Source: a virus. Taken from it: a DNA stretch of 41,380 bases. A program made the position numbers and the translations under genes. Positions 8,394-18,400 of this stretch are shown here, one piece after another; the first letter of the stretch is position 1, and each line of letters opens with the position of its first letter. The stretch is taken from the IMG/VR virus record IMGVR_UViG_3300040801_004188; one strand, 5' to 3'. A model generated the notes under the pieces. It searched no databases, was not told the origin of the DNA, and was given only the letters and a program-made list of their open reading frames with translations.

Positions 8394-8740
8394 GTTTTAT
8401 TCCGACCCCACAGATGCAGGGCGCTCTCGCTAATTGGCAGCGGCCCATGACTTTCATCACGACCATAAAAGAGCTGGTTGATTTTGAAGTAGTGGAAACC
8501 AAAACGGAGATCAATTTTAAAGGCGTTTGGCAGCCCTACAATTCACAGCAATTGAATCTGAAGCCAGAGGGTCAGAGAGCTTGGAAATGGTTCACCTGCC
8601 ATGCTGAAACTCGTGTGCAGCTCGACCCTGATGAGATCATTTCCTACAACGGTAAAGATTACCGGGTTATGGAAAAACGCGACTATAATGAGTACGGTTA
8701 TATAGAGTACCATTTGATCGAGGACTACGAGGGAGCCTGA
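8390..8740 (+). CDS. Head closure / neck protein
   Basis: ATGA coupling. 116 aa with a neck-protein-like pattern (NGKDYRVMEKRDYNEYGYIEYHL). Confidence 0.45.
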   Translation: MSFIPTPQMQGALANWQRPMTFITTIKELVDFEVVETKTEINFKGVWQPYNSQQLNLKPEGQRAWKWFTCHAETRVQLDPDEIISYNGKDYRVMEKRDYNEYGYIEYHLIEDYEGA

Positions 8741-9459
8741 TGCTGAATCTTCAAGCAAACAGCCTTTTTGTCACACGGAACGTTGCCCAGACTGTTTCCG
8801 CCTCCGGAGGGACCGCTCCCTATGTCTATTCCGTGGTCGCGGGCGGCGCAGGTGGCTCTATCAACTCATCCACCGGGAAATACACTGCCCCGGCGGTTTT
8901 CGGGAGAGACACCATTCGAGTGACCGATGACAACGCCGATACCGCGGACATCATAATGAGAATCATGCCCGTGGAGGCGCTGTTACTCCAGATCATCCAG
9001 TCCGAATTGGGTTTAGCCAATGGTCGGGTTTGGTTATGGAACCAAAAAGTTGATGAACCGAAGGACGAGGACCTTTACATTGTGGGCCGGGTGATGAGCT
9101 GCCGGCCATTTGCGAACCGCCTGGATTATGATTACTCGAGTGGAGTGGACGCCATGCAGTCGGTCAGCATGAAATCAACCCTAAGTATAGATATTAAGAG
9201 CCGGGGAACGGAGGCACTGTACCGGAAAGAAGAGGTCGTAATGGCCTTAGCCTCTCAATATGCCGAGCAACAACAGGCACTTAACTCATTTAAAATTGGA
9301 AAAGTCCCGATGGATATGCCAAATATCGGAGAAATTGATGGATCGGCAATACCATATCGGTTTAACATTACGGTGAATCTACTATACAGTGTGAGTAAGA
9401 CTAAGGCTGTAGGTTACTTTGACGATTTCCAAGATGTAAGTGTGGTAACTGACCCTTAA
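8740..9459 (+). CDS. Neck/tail-terminator-position structural protein with an N-terminal Ig-like domain
   Basis: TGATG coupling. Its N-terminal SASGGTAPYVYSVVAGGAGGSINSSTGKYTA...IRVTDDNAD is a He_PIG-like Ig pattern. Confidence 0.45.
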   Translation: MLNLQANSLFVTRNVAQTVSASGGTAPYVYSVVAGGAGGSINSSTGKYTAPAVFGRDTIRVTDDNADTADIIMRIMPVEALLLQIIQSELGLANGRVWLWNQKVDEPKDEDLYIVGRVMSCRPFANRLDYDYSSGVDAMQSVSMKSTLSIDIKSRGTEALYRKEEVVMALASQYAEQQQALNSFKIGKVPMDMPNIGEIDGSAIPYRFNITVNLLYSVSKTKAVGYFDDFQDVSVVTDP

Positions 9460-9472
9460 CGGAGGATTTAAA

Positions 9473-10891
9473 ATGAACTTATCAATTTCAAATGTGATCA
9501 ATATCTCGGTCGCCGAAGCTGGCACAGGCATTGGTGAATACAATACGAGCAACCTTGCTCTGTTTACCGACGAGGAGCCCGCTGGAAGTTTCGGTGCCGA
9601 TGGCTACAAAATCTACTTGGAGCCCGCTGAAATCGCGACTGATTTTGGTACTGATTCCAAAACTTACCAAATGGCCCTTAAGGTGTTCAGTCAACAGCCC
9701 AACATTAAGGCAAACAATGGTTACTTGGTAATCATTCCCTTGGTCGTCCAGCAGATTACCCTTGACCCTGCATCCGCTCCTACTAGCGGCGCCTACAGCT
9801 TTACCTATGGTGGTAATAACTCTGCGGCAATTGCCTACGATGCAACTGAATCCGAAATTGAAGCGGCTGTGCAGGATGTTCAAGGACTCGAGAAAGCCTC
9901 CGTTTCAGGGACCTTCGCCACCGCTGTGGTCATCACTCTCTATGGGGTCTATGGCGATCAAGACGATACCATCACAGAAAACACCAATACTCTGGATGAT
10001 GGATCGCCTGTCGCTGTGACAATTTCCAACACAGTAACGGGTGAAACTGCCGACGCCGCCATTACCCGAACAAGCGGATTGATTGAGTATTTTGGTTTGA
10101 TGTTTACCCTTATTTTGGCGCAGGCAGATATGTTGGCCGCCGCCGCTGTTGTTCAAACATTAAACAAAATCGCCTCTTTCGTGAGCATTACCGCCGCTGA
10201 TATTGACGAGAGTGGAATGTTGGATTTGTTGCGACAAAACAACTACACTCAGAGTCGCGGCCTGTTCTATGGAGGGGACGAAGCTCAGGATGGATTGGAT
10301 TTCATGGCAGCTTATATGGGTCGCGCACTTTCCACCAACTTTGAAGGTTCCAACACTACCCAAACCATGCACCTCAAGGACTTGTCCGGTGTCACTGCTG
10401 ACCCCAGCATGACGCAAACCCTGTTGAACAAAGCGATTGCTGCCGGTGTCGACACTTATGTCTCCATCCAGGGTGTAGCGAAAGTGTTCTGTTCTGGAGC
10501 CAACGAGTTTTTCGACTACATCTACGGCCTTCGATGGTTCGTTGGGGCGCTTGAGGTTGCGGGCTTCAACACGTTGGCTCAATCTGCCACCAAGATTCCT
10601 CAAACTGAAGCGGGCATTGATTCGCTCAAGAGTGCTTACCGGCAAGTTTGCGAGCGGGCTGTGAACAACCAATGGGTGGCGCCCGGTCGTTGGACTAGCC
10701 CTACCACCTTCGGAAATCAGGCCGACTTACTGGCAAACGTGGAGCAGCGTGGGTACTACATCTATAGTACGCCCCTAGCTCAACAGAGTCAGGCGGACCG
10801 CGAGGCGCGTAAAGCTCCTCTGGTTCAAATTGCTGCTAAACTCGCTGGTGCAACTCACAGCTCGACTGTGATTGTGAATGTGAACAAATAA
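9473..10891 (+). CDS. Tail sheath protein (DUF3383-like)
   Basis: 472 aa, RBS GGAGGA, immediately upstream of a tube-sized gene. The N-terminal NISVAEAGTGIGEYNTSNLALFT resembles the DUF3383 sheath family. Confidence 0.75.
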   Translation: MNLSISNVINISVAEAGTGIGEYNTSNLALFTDEEPAGSFGADGYKIYLEPAEIATDFGTDSKTYQMALKVFSQQPNIKANNGYLVIIPLVVQQITLDPASAPTSGAYSFTYGGNNSAAIAYDATESEIEAAVQDVQGLEKASVSGTFATAVVITLYGVYGDQDDTITENTNTLDDGSPVAVTISNTVTGETADAAITRTSGLIEYFGLMFTLILAQADMLAAAAVVQTLNKIASFVSITAADIDESGMLDLLRQNNYTQSRGLFYGGDEAQDGLDFMAAYMGRALSTNFEGSNTTQTMHLKDLSGVTADPSMTQTLLNKAIAAGVDTYVSIQGVAKVFCSGANEFFDYIYGLRWFVGALEVAGFNTLAQSATKIPQTEAGIDSLKSAYRQVCERAVNNQWVAPGRWTSPTTFGNQADLLANVEQRGYYIYSTPLAQQSQADREARKAPLVQIAAKLAGATHSSTVIVNVNK

Positions 10892-10904
10892 TTGGAGGGT
10901 TGAA

Positions 10905-11363
10905 ATGAGTAACACAATCGCATTATCTGGTTCGGACACCATCGTCATCAATCAGCGAGTTCTTCGGGACCTTGCTGACGGGGACACTGGTACTCTGGAC
11001 TTTCCTGGCGACATCGCCAATGTCAAAACCGGAAAAAATGGAAATTCCATTTACTCTGCCAACGAAAGCGGCAAACAGTCCGATCTGGTGATCAGAGTCA
11101 TCCGGGGTTCTGCCGACGACAAATATCTGAACGGTCTTTTGGCCCAGCAGTTGAATAACTTCGCTGGTACCGTTTTGATGAATGGCGAGGTGGTCAAAAA
11201 GATCGGTGACGGTCGAGGAAACATTTCCAACGACACTTACATTATGTCCGGCGGGGTTTTTACAAAAATCCCAGGAGCTAAAGAGAACACCGATGGGGAC
11301 AGCGAACAATCGGTTGCCATCTACACAATGAAGTTCTCTAATGCTCCTCGCGCACTAACGTAA
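10905..11363 (+). CDS. Tail tube protein (DUF3277-like)
   Basis: 152 aa after the sheath gene, RBS GGAGGG. Confidence 0.7.
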   Translation: MSNTIALSGSDTIVINQRVLRDLADGDTGTLDFPGDIANVKTGKNGNSIYSANESGKQSDLVIRVIRGSADDKYLNGLLAQQLNNFAGTVLMNGEVVKKIGDGRGNISNDTYIMSGGVFTKIPGAKENTDGDSEQSVAIYTMKFSNAPRALT

Positions 11364-11372
11364 GGAGCCTAA

Positions 11373-11768
11373 ATGGAACGCAAGGTAGAACTGCCCAGCG
11401 GCGCGGTGTTAAGAATCTTCCCCGCGCCTTTCAGCGAAGCAAAAGCCCTGTACAAAGCACTTTTGTCAGAGGGCAAGGGCCTCAAGCTCAACCCGAAAGA
11501 CGAAGTGGATGTCAATTTTTTCAAGGACATTTTTTGTACAGCCTTGTCTTCGGACTTGGTCGAGGAAAAATTGTGGGTTTGCATGGAGCGATGCCTCTAC
11601 GACGGGGAAAAGTTGACTCCAGAGTGCTTCGAGCCAGTTGAGCGGCGGGACGATTACTTCACTTGTATGTACGAAATTACAAAGGAGAATGTTTTCCCTT
11701 TTACGAAAAGCCTCTATGCCGAGTTCTCACACATCTTCGATCTCGTGATGAAGTCAAACCCCGAATAG
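11373..11768 (+). CDS. Tail assembly chaperone (short form)
   Basis: 131 aa between the tube and tape-measure genes, RBS AAGGAG. Confidence 0.6.
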   Translation: MERKVELPSGAVLRIFPAPFSEAKALYKALLSEGKGLKLNPKDEVDVNFFKDIFCTALSSDLVEEKLWVCMERCLYDGEKLTPECFEPVERRDDYFTCMYEITKENVFPFTKSLYAEFSHIFDLVMKSNPE

Positions 11769-11941
11769 AGGCTTCCGACGATGATCTGGTTATCCAACTT
11801 AGATTGTCCAAAGCGGGGTACGGTTCTTTAGCCGAGGTTAGGGCCTTTGACGCGAGAACCACTTTACAGGCTCTACATTACGAAACTTTTGTTTCGGATT
11901 ATGAGCAGGCTTACATGGAGTTGAACAGTGAAGGTAGCTGA
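11373..11941 (+). CDS. Tail assembly chaperone, candidate -1 frameshift-extended form
   Basis: The -1 frame is open from 11663 to 11941 and overlaps the 3' end of the chaperone gene. This is the conserved G/GT-type arrangement upstream of the tape measure. Confidence 0.4.
11696..11702 (+). promoter_or_regulatory. Candidate slippery heptamer C_CCT_TTT for a -1 programmed frameshift
   Basis: Zero-frame codons read ttC CCT TTT, which fits X_XXY_YYZ. After the slip the frame continues open to 11941. Confidence 0.35.
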
Positions 11942-13091
11942 ATTTTTTGCAATGTTGACGGTTAAGGGTGGGGACGAGTCTGGTAAACAGCTCGCCCAAG
12001 TCGATAAGGGTATGAGTCAAGTTCGGCACACCTCGCTCGCTACCAAAGCTGCCATTGTTGGGGTTATCTACGGGCTCCAGCGCCTTATGTCCGGCTCATC
12101 GAAACTGGGCACCTCTCTTCAAAACTTCAGTTCAGCAACAGGCCTCTCAGCCGAGATGCTGCAGCGTTGGCAATACGCCGGTGTTCAAGCTGGAACGACC
12201 GCTGAAGACATTCAGTCCTCTATTATGGGCATTCAGGAAACCATGGCCGCGCTCGCCCGCGGGGAGGGGCAGCCCAAGGGGTTGAGTGAATTCTTGAGAA
12301 TCACCGGGGCTGATATGTCCCGAATGGAAGACACGTTCTACATGGCCGAAAAACTGGTCGAGTTTTCGAAACAGATCAAGCCGGGTCAGAGGGATCTGGT
12401 TAAAAGTTTTGGCGTGTCCGATGGGTTCTTTCAGGCCGCTCGGGATGATGTTTTCAATAAAGCGACCATGGACCGGGCTCCCGTCTGGTCTCAAGGGCAA
12501 CTAAATGCTCTGCAAAAGGTAAACGCTGGGTGGACCAATTTTTTTGATATGTTCACCCGTCGAATGGGCGCGATGAATGCTCAATATGGGCCACAACTCA
12601 TCCAGGACCTTACGAAAGTCGCAGACAAATTCCTCAAGCTAGCCAAGGCCATGACTGAAGCTGCCAATGAGTTCAAGGTTTTTGAAAAAGTGTCTACAAT
12701 TTTAAACAACATTGCCAACGCTCTTGATCTGATTACTGGGCTCTCAAGAGACAAGGGCGTGGTCCAGGGTTCTTTTGATATGTTGAACGCCGCCACAGGA
12801 AAGGGTTCCGGGTCGGTCTGGTGGTTACCAGAGTCTTGGAACACTTGGATGGGATATGGTCCAGGGGCCAAGTTTAAGAACAATCGTTCAGACGTAAACT
12901 CTATTGACTGGAATAAGGCCCTGCGCCCCCGAGGATCGGGTGGTCCGGCAACCCAGAACAATGCTACAATTAATCAGACAATGAACTTTAACGGCAACGA
13001 TGGATCGAATGCTCAAGATGTGGGCGCTGAGGTTCGGAAGCAGACCGAAAGAGCCATCTACCAAATGCCGGCCATTAAGGAGAATAACTGA
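11928..13091 (+). CDS. Tape measure protein (short, 387 aa; GTG start)
   Basis: Position directly after the chaperone pair. Composition is Ala/Gln/Met-rich and helical. Confidence 0.65.
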   Translation: MKVAEFFAMLTVKGGDESGKQLAQVDKGMSQVRHTSLATKAAIVGVIYGLQRLMSGSSKLGTSLQNFSSATGLSAEMLQRWQYAGVQAGTTAEDIQSSIMGIQETMAALARGEGQPKGLSEFLRITGADMSRMEDTFYMAEKLVEFSKQIKPGQRDLVKSFGVSDGFFQAARDDVFNKATMDRAPVWSQGQLNALQKVNAGWTNFFDMFTRRMGAMNAQYGPQLIQDLTKVADKFLKLAKAMTEAANEFKVFEKVSTILNNIANALDLITGLSRDKGVVQGSFDMLNAATGKGSGSVWWLPESWNTWMGYGPGAKFKNNRSDVNSIDWNKALRPRGSGGPATQNNATINQTMNFNGNDGSNAQDVGAEVRKQTERAIYQMPAIKENN

Positions 13092-13996
13092 TGCCAAACT
13101 TGAACCTTTCAGCCTTATCTCAAGCGACCAATGTTGCTGGAAGTCTGTCGGGATTGGCTTTGGTGGTTCCACAGCTCCGCCAAGAACAGGTTGGAATTCT
13201 CCCTCAAGCTAAAAATCAGCAAGATGCCAAAATCTTCGGCAACCCAGAAAGCTTCTTTTTCCACATCCGCGGGGAAGAGATCATGGATTTGGTGGCGGAC
13301 ATTACCGACCACTACGTTGAGGACAACACCGCCATTGCCGATCAGATCGCTTTGCGGCCTGATGAGTTTAAGGTTCAAGGGTTCATTGGAGACGTCAATG
13401 ATGTGGTCCCCAGACCTCTCGAAGCGGCCAGAGTGATTGCAGAGCGCCTGGTCTTGATTGATGGTTATGTCCCCGGCTTGTCCGTCACTGCCCTGCGGGC
13501 TTACAACGCGGCAGAGCAGGCCTACAGAACGGCAAGGCAGATCTCTAACGCCGCCATCCAGACATTTGCGTCCATTGGGTCCACCGATGTCTCTGTGAAC
13601 GTGATAACCGGTTCTGAGACGCCTGAAGAGCTAGCCCAGTTACGGGACAGACGAAAAAACCAAAACCAGCAACAGATCGCCTTTCAACAATTTTACGGGT
13701 ACATGAAGACCCAGACTTTGTTCACCGTGCAAACTCCTTGGGCAATCTTTCAAAACATGGCGATTAAGAGCTTGCGGGCAGTACAGGATGCCGAATCCGT
13801 TGAAATCACGGACTTCACCATCACGTTTAAAGCCATGCGGTTCGCCGAAACTCAGGTCACTTCCTCGCCTCAATTCAGCTCACAAAATATGCAGGGTCGA
13901 GCGAGTCAGATGTCCAGTGGTCAAGTTGATATTGGTGTTTCGACACCTCGAACCGCCGAAGACATTAGTCTCGGATCAATCTTGGGGACTGCCTGA
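13091..13996 (+). CDS. Tail/baseplate-associated protein (position of Mu gp43 DNA-circulation-like protein)
   Basis: TGATG coupling to the tape-measure gene. The call rests on position only. Confidence 0.45.
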   Translation: MPNLNLSALSQATNVAGSLSGLALVVPQLRQEQVGILPQAKNQQDAKIFGNPESFFFHIRGEEIMDLVADITDHYVEDNTAIADQIALRPDEFKVQGFIGDVNDVVPRPLEAARVIAERLVLIDGYVPGLSVTALRAYNAAEQAYRTARQISNAAIQTFASIGSTDVSVNVITGSETPEELAQLRDRRKNQNQQQIAFQQFYGYMKTQTLFTVQTPWAIFQNMAIKSLRAVQDAESVEITDFTITFKAMRFAETQVTSSPQFSSQNMQGRASQMSSGQVDIGVSTPRTAEDISLGSILGTA

Positions 13997-14337
13997 TGCT
14001 TATTATTGAATCATTAACCGACGATCCAAACCAGCGCCACACCTTCTCGTTACCCGATGGGTCCCAGATCACCATGGAGCTTTCTTATTCAGCTCTCCAG
14101 TACGGGTGGTTTATCCGACGACTCGAGTACGAGGATTTTGTGGTTCGAGGTTTGAGGATTACAAACAGCCCAAATTTCCTCCACCAATTTCGTAACTTAT
14201 TGCCTTTTGGATTGACCTGCCAGACGAACGGAGGCCGAGAGCCCACTCAATTGCAGGACTTTTCGTCAGGTGCCGCGAAATTGTACATCTTGACTGAAGA
14301 AGAGGTGGAGCAGTTCGCGGAGTTCTTACGTGGCTAA
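13996..14337 (+). CDS. Small baseplate-module protein
   Basis: Coupled 113-aa ORF; no motif recognised. Confidence 0.45.
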   Translation: MLIIESLTDDPNQRHTFSLPDGSQITMELSYSALQYGWFIRRLEYEDFVVRGLRITNSPNFLHQFRNLLPFGLTCQTNGGREPTQLQDFSSGAAKLYILTEEEVEQFAEFLRG

Positions 14338-15196
14338 AAAGTTTGGTCGTAATTTTAGACTGATCGCTTCGGACGCCGCAGGGGAAGCGGTAACCATCGA
14401 GCCGCCATTCACGCTCAAGTTTAATGTGATCCGAAACACTCTGGCCGACGCTAATACCGCTCAATTTCAGATATACAACCTCTCTCAAGATCGGCGGACT
14501 CGACTCCGTAAAGACCTGGATGATTACAATGCCAATAGGCCTATCTTGTTTCAGGCCGGGTACGGTCAGCAGCTAACCACAGCCTTCACCGGAAACATTT
14601 CAAAAGGGTTTTCCGTTCGGGAAAACGTGGACTTCATTACCACGCTGGAGTGTTACGATGGCGGGTTTGCTTTGGTAAACTCCACCCTCGATCAAACTTT
14701 TCCGAAGGGCACACCACAGCGTTCTATTATTCGCGCCGCTATCGCCGCTATGCAAAACGATGGGGTTAAGCTGGGTGCCATTGGAGACTTCCCGGGCAAC
14801 ATTCTCAGGGGAAATGTTGTCTCCGGAAATGTTTCGAAAACGCTGCAGGAGCTGACTGGCCGGGCCTTTTTTATCGACAATGGCAAAGCCAACTGCCTCA
14901 AAGACAACGAGTGTTTAGCCGGGGAACCGCGACTCATCAATTCAGCCACTGGACTATTGGCGACCCCGACTCGAGAGTTTCGGTTCGTCAACGTAGAGAT
15001 GTTGTTCGAGCCTCAGATAGTCGTTGGTCAAAGAATTCGCCTCGAATCTAGCACCGACCCGAGTTTTAATGCTATTTATAAGGTACACTCGGTTTCGCAT
15101 CAGGGGATCATTTCTTCATCCGTGGGTGGGCAGGCAATCACAACTCTGGGTCTTTATCCGGGGACGTTTGAGCCGATCAGACAGGAGAGTAATTGA
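14330..15196 (+). CDS. Baseplate hub protein (GTG start)
   Basis: 288 aa preceding the spike gene. FTLKFNVIRNTLADANTAQFQIYNLS resembles hub-family N-termini. Confidence 0.55.
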   Translation: MAKKFGRNFRLIASDAAGEAVTIEPPFTLKFNVIRNTLADANTAQFQIYNLSQDRRTRLRKDLDDYNANRPILFQAGYGQQLTTAFTGNISKGFSVRENVDFITTLECYDGGFALVNSTLDQTFPKGTPQRSIIRAAIAAMQNDGVKLGAIGDFPGNILRGNVVSGNVSKTLQELTGRAFFIDNGKANCLKDNECLAGEPRLINSATGLLATPTREFRFVNVEMLFEPQIVVGQRIRLESSTDPSFNAIYKVHSVSHQGIISSSVGGQAITTLGLYPGTFEPIRQESN

Positions 15197-15936
15197 TGGC
15201 AGGGCCACAACAAAATCTCAATACGGAGAAACCTGAAGCGACGCTGTCCTACATGATGGACATTCTTCGCCGGGATATTTTTCTGTCTCTACGGTGCCAT
15301 GATATTGGGACCATACAAAAGTTCAATACCGCCCACCAGACTGCTGAAGTTTCGATCAATTATAAGCGGACAGAGTTCAATAAAAAGGCAGATGGGAGCC
15401 AGCAACAGGTCACAAAAGACTATCCCTTGCTTTTGGATGTCCCCGTTGTTTGTCTTTTTGGTGGGTCTTTCTCAATGAGGTTCCCGATTAAACCGGGCGA
15501 CACCTGCGTTCTGCTTTACAACGACCGTTCGATTGACGCTTGGTTTGATTCTGGTCAGGTAGCTTCCACTGGGTCGAGTCGTGCCCACAGTCTCTCGGAC
15601 GCCATGGCCCTGGTGGGTTTGAACTCGCTAAAGTCTTCGTTGCCTAATTATGATGCAGATAAGTTCCAAATTACTGACGGAAATGCGACTTTTGAGCTGT
15701 CAAGTGAATCGGCCAAAGCTCAATTTGGTAACTCTTTGTTAGAGCTGAAGACAAAAATCAAGCTGGCAAACAACTCTAAAAACCTTAAAGCTGTCCTGGA
15801 CGAAATTGTGGATGTTATTTCAAATCTCCAGGTGGTGGTTTCAGGCGGCTCCAGCGCAGGGAGTTGGCCCGTTAGTCCGGCGACGACTTCAGCCGCTGCT
15901 GCGGCCAAAACATCAATCGGAGGGCTTTTAGAATGA
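15196..15936 (+). CDS. Baseplate central spike (gpV / gp138 N-terminal OB-like)
   Basis: The ATG at 15196 overlaps the upstream TGA. PIKPGDTCVLLYNDRSID...AHSLSDAMALVG fits gpV-type spikes. Confidence 0.6.
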   Translation: MAGPQQNLNTEKPEATLSYMMDILRRDIFLSLRCHDIGTIQKFNTAHQTAEVSINYKRTEFNKKADGSQQQVTKDYPLLLDVPVVCLFGGSFSMRFPIKPGDTCVLLYNDRSIDAWFDSGQVASTGSSRAHSLSDAMALVGLNSLKSSLPNYDADKFQITDGNATFELSSESAKAQFGNSLLELKTKIKLANNSKNLKAVLDEIVDVISNLQVVVSGGSSAGSWPVSPATTSAAAAAKTSIGGLLE

Positions 15937-16301
15937 GCACACGAGTTCGCGCCATAGACGGAAACAACGATTGGACCTTTGGCAAGGGTCGAAACAATTA
16001 CAAGTTTGATAATACGGCTGTCGCCCAAAACATCAAAACTCGACTCCAGTCCTTCCTCGGCGACTGTTTTTTTGCCATTAATGAAGGCATCGACTGGTTT
16101 AATTTACTGGGTAGTAAGGATCAGAGAGCTTTGACTCTCTCCATCGCTACGACAATACTAAACACACAGGACGTAACTGGACTGCTGGAGCTGAATCTCA
16201 CACTGAATCGAGAGAATCGTCTGATTACGATCCAATACGAGGTGTCCACGGTTTACACGACTATTTCCAACCAAGTGACCGTAGGGATACCGGAGCTATA
16301 G
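15933..16301 (+). CDS. Baseplate wedge protein (gpW / T4 gp25-like)
   Basis: 122 aa, ATGA coupling. NIKTRLQSFLGDCFFAINEGIDW fits the gp25/W pattern. Confidence 0.65.
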   Translation: MSTRVRAIDGNNDWTFGKGRNNYKFDNTAVAQNIKTRLQSFLGDCFFAINEGIDWFNLLGSKDQRALTLSIATTILNTQDVTGLLELNLTLNRENRLITIQYEVSTVYTTISNQVTVGIPEL

Positions 16302-16310
16302 GGGAACGCC

Positions 16311-17714
16311 ATGCCAAATGCAATTACCGCACAGGGATTACAGACCAAAACTCAAGCAGAGCTGGTTTCTGAATTCACCCTAGAGATGCAGACCATCTAC
16401 GGTTCGGATATAAACCTGAGCCAAGATACCCCGGATGGTCAAATGATGCTGATCTTTATTCAGGCAGTTTTGGATGTCTATGATTTGATCACGCAGGTTT
16501 ATAATGGCATGGACCCAGATAATGCAATAGGAACCATCCTTGACCAGAGGGTGGCTCTCAATGGAATCCAACGGCAGGCCGGAACGTTCACCGTCACCAA
16601 TATCACAATCGTGACTGATCGTGCCCTGAACCTTTATGGACTCGACCAGAGTGCCAATGAAGTGTTTACCGTGTCCGACAACGAGGGAAATGAATGGCAA
16701 TTGCAAGAGACTCAAAACATTGCTGGACCAGGAACCTACGTTTTTGCGTTTCAAAGCGCAGTCCCCGGTGAGGTGCTGACCACACCGAATACGATTACGA
16801 CCGCCGTTACTGTTGTCTTAGGAGTCTCATCGGTAAACAACCCCACCACTTACACAACTCTCGGAATTGATGAAGAGAAGGACGAGGACCTCAAGGTCAG
16901 ACGTCAGCGTTCTGTGTCTCTCGCGTCCCAGGGGTATTTGGCGGGGTTGCTTGCTGCACTAGAAAATATTTCGGGTGTCGTATCAGCTTTTGTTTACGAA
17001 AACAATACTGGCGCCACCGATGGCGACGGAATTCCACCATTTTCAATTTGGGTTATCGTAGCCGGAACCGCATCCGATGCTGAAATTGCCGACGCAATTT
17101 ATAAAAAACGAAATGCTGGAGTCGGAATGAAGGGCGACGAAACTTTTGAAATCACCCAGGTCGATGGCAGCCCCTTTATTGTGCGTTGGGATGAGGTCGT
17201 GACAGAAAACCTCTTTATCAAATTTACGGCCACGTCTTTAGATGGGGACACTCCGGTCGATTACGATGCGATTAAAGACTACCTTATTGAAAACTTTGTT
17301 CCTGGCGTAAACGAAAAGGTGAACACAAACAAGTTGGGTACTGATGTTCAAAACGCCGATCCGAACGCCTTCATTTCAAGTGATGGGTTCAGCACATCTG
17401 CTGCTGGCGTTTACACCGAAACTCTATCTCCATCCTCGAAGCAAAATCAGTTCGTGCTGTCCGAGGCTAATATTATTATTCTCCCCATCTTGACCAACAT
17501 CTCGGCTGTGTCCATTGGAACCGAGGAAACCCAGTTCTTCTCGGCTAAAGGCGGGTTTGGCACATACGTCTGGTCACTAGAGCAAGATGAATCCGGCGCC
17601 AGCCTGAACACTAGCACCGGTGAATACGAAGCTGGAAACTCAACCGGCACGGACATTGTTCGAGTCACTGACGGTCAAGGAAACTTTGCCGAAATTACAA
17701 TTACGGTGAGCTAA
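16311..17714 (+). CDS. Baseplate J-like protein with a C-terminal Ig-like domain
   Basis: 467 aa after the gp25-like gene. The last ~70 aa (17499..17711) repeat the Ig-like pattern seen at 8758..8949. Confidence 0.7.
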   Translation: MPNAITAQGLQTKTQAELVSEFTLEMQTIYGSDINLSQDTPDGQMMLIFIQAVLDVYDLITQVYNGMDPDNAIGTILDQRVALNGIQRQAGTFTVTNITIVTDRALNLYGLDQSANEVFTVSDNEGNEWQLQETQNIAGPGTYVFAFQSAVPGEVLTTPNTITTAVTVVLGVSSVNNPTTYTTLGIDEEKDEDLKVRRQRSVSLASQGYLAGLLAALENISGVVSAFVYENNTGATDGDGIPPFSIWVIVAGTASDAEIADAIYKKRNAGVGMKGDETFEITQVDGSPFIVRWDEVVTENLFIKFTATSLDGDTPVDYDAIKDYLIENFVPGVNEKVNTNKLGTDVQNADPNAFISSDGFSTSAAGVYTETLSPSSKQNQFVLSEANIIILPILTNISAVSIGTEETQFFSAKGGFGTYVWSLEQDESGASLNTSTGEYEAGNSTGTDIVRVTDGQGNFAEITITVS

Positions 17715-18400
17715 TGACTACTGAGGAGCTGAAACAGTATTACGCTGATTTACTGATTCTCCAGTACAAGGGGAAGCCGAAGGCATCAGCTCATATTAAG
17801 CAACTGGTTGACATGGTAATTGCCGATCAGATTCCCAAGGCCGTTGAATCTGCTTTTGATCTCGATAACGCCGTGGGTGTTCAACTTGAAGTCATCGGAA
17901 AATACGCTGGCGTCAGGAAATCCGACTCCCCAGTGGATTTGACGGACCCTGAATTTCGCCAAATTGTGCGGCTCGCCATCATTCAAAACTCCAATGGGTC
18001 CAGCACGTTTGACATTCAGACCCTCATAAACCTGTACTTCGAGAATCAGATTTACTTTTTTGATTATCAGACCATGCGCGTTAGCTACTACATCGACACA
18101 GATTTCTGGTCTGAAGCCCTAATCCGGGCAGCGGTTGGGATGAATTTACTGCCTTACCCAATGGCTTTACAAAGATCGTCGAATATTTACGCGGACACTG
18201 GTACACTGACATCGTTTTACGGATTCAGGACCTACGGAGCGGAAGCCTACAATGCCAGTCCAATGAATGACTACGCCGATTACCAGAGCGACTATCCGTG
18301 GCTAAATTACTCGTATGCTGTAATCCCAAGTATTTCGAGATTGACTACAGAGGGTGGCGACACCTTAACTACTGAAGATGGAGAGGAGTTAATTCTATGA
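17714..18400 (+). CDS. Baseplate/tail protein (DUF2612-like, gpI position)
   Basis: 228 aa, coupled. The N-terminal LKQYYADLLILQYKGKPKA resembles DUF2612. Confidence 0.55.
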   Translation: MTTEELKQYYADLLILQYKGKPKASAHIKQLVDMVIADQIPKAVESAFDLDNAVGVQLEVIGKYAGVRKSDSPVDLTDPEFRQIVRLAIIQNSNGSSTFDIQTLINLYFENQIYFFDYQTMRVSYYIDTDFWSEALIRAAVGMNLLPYPMALQRSSNIYADTGTLTSFYGFRTYGAEAYNASPMNDYADYQSDYPWLNYSYAVIPSISRLTTEGGDTLTTEDGEELIL

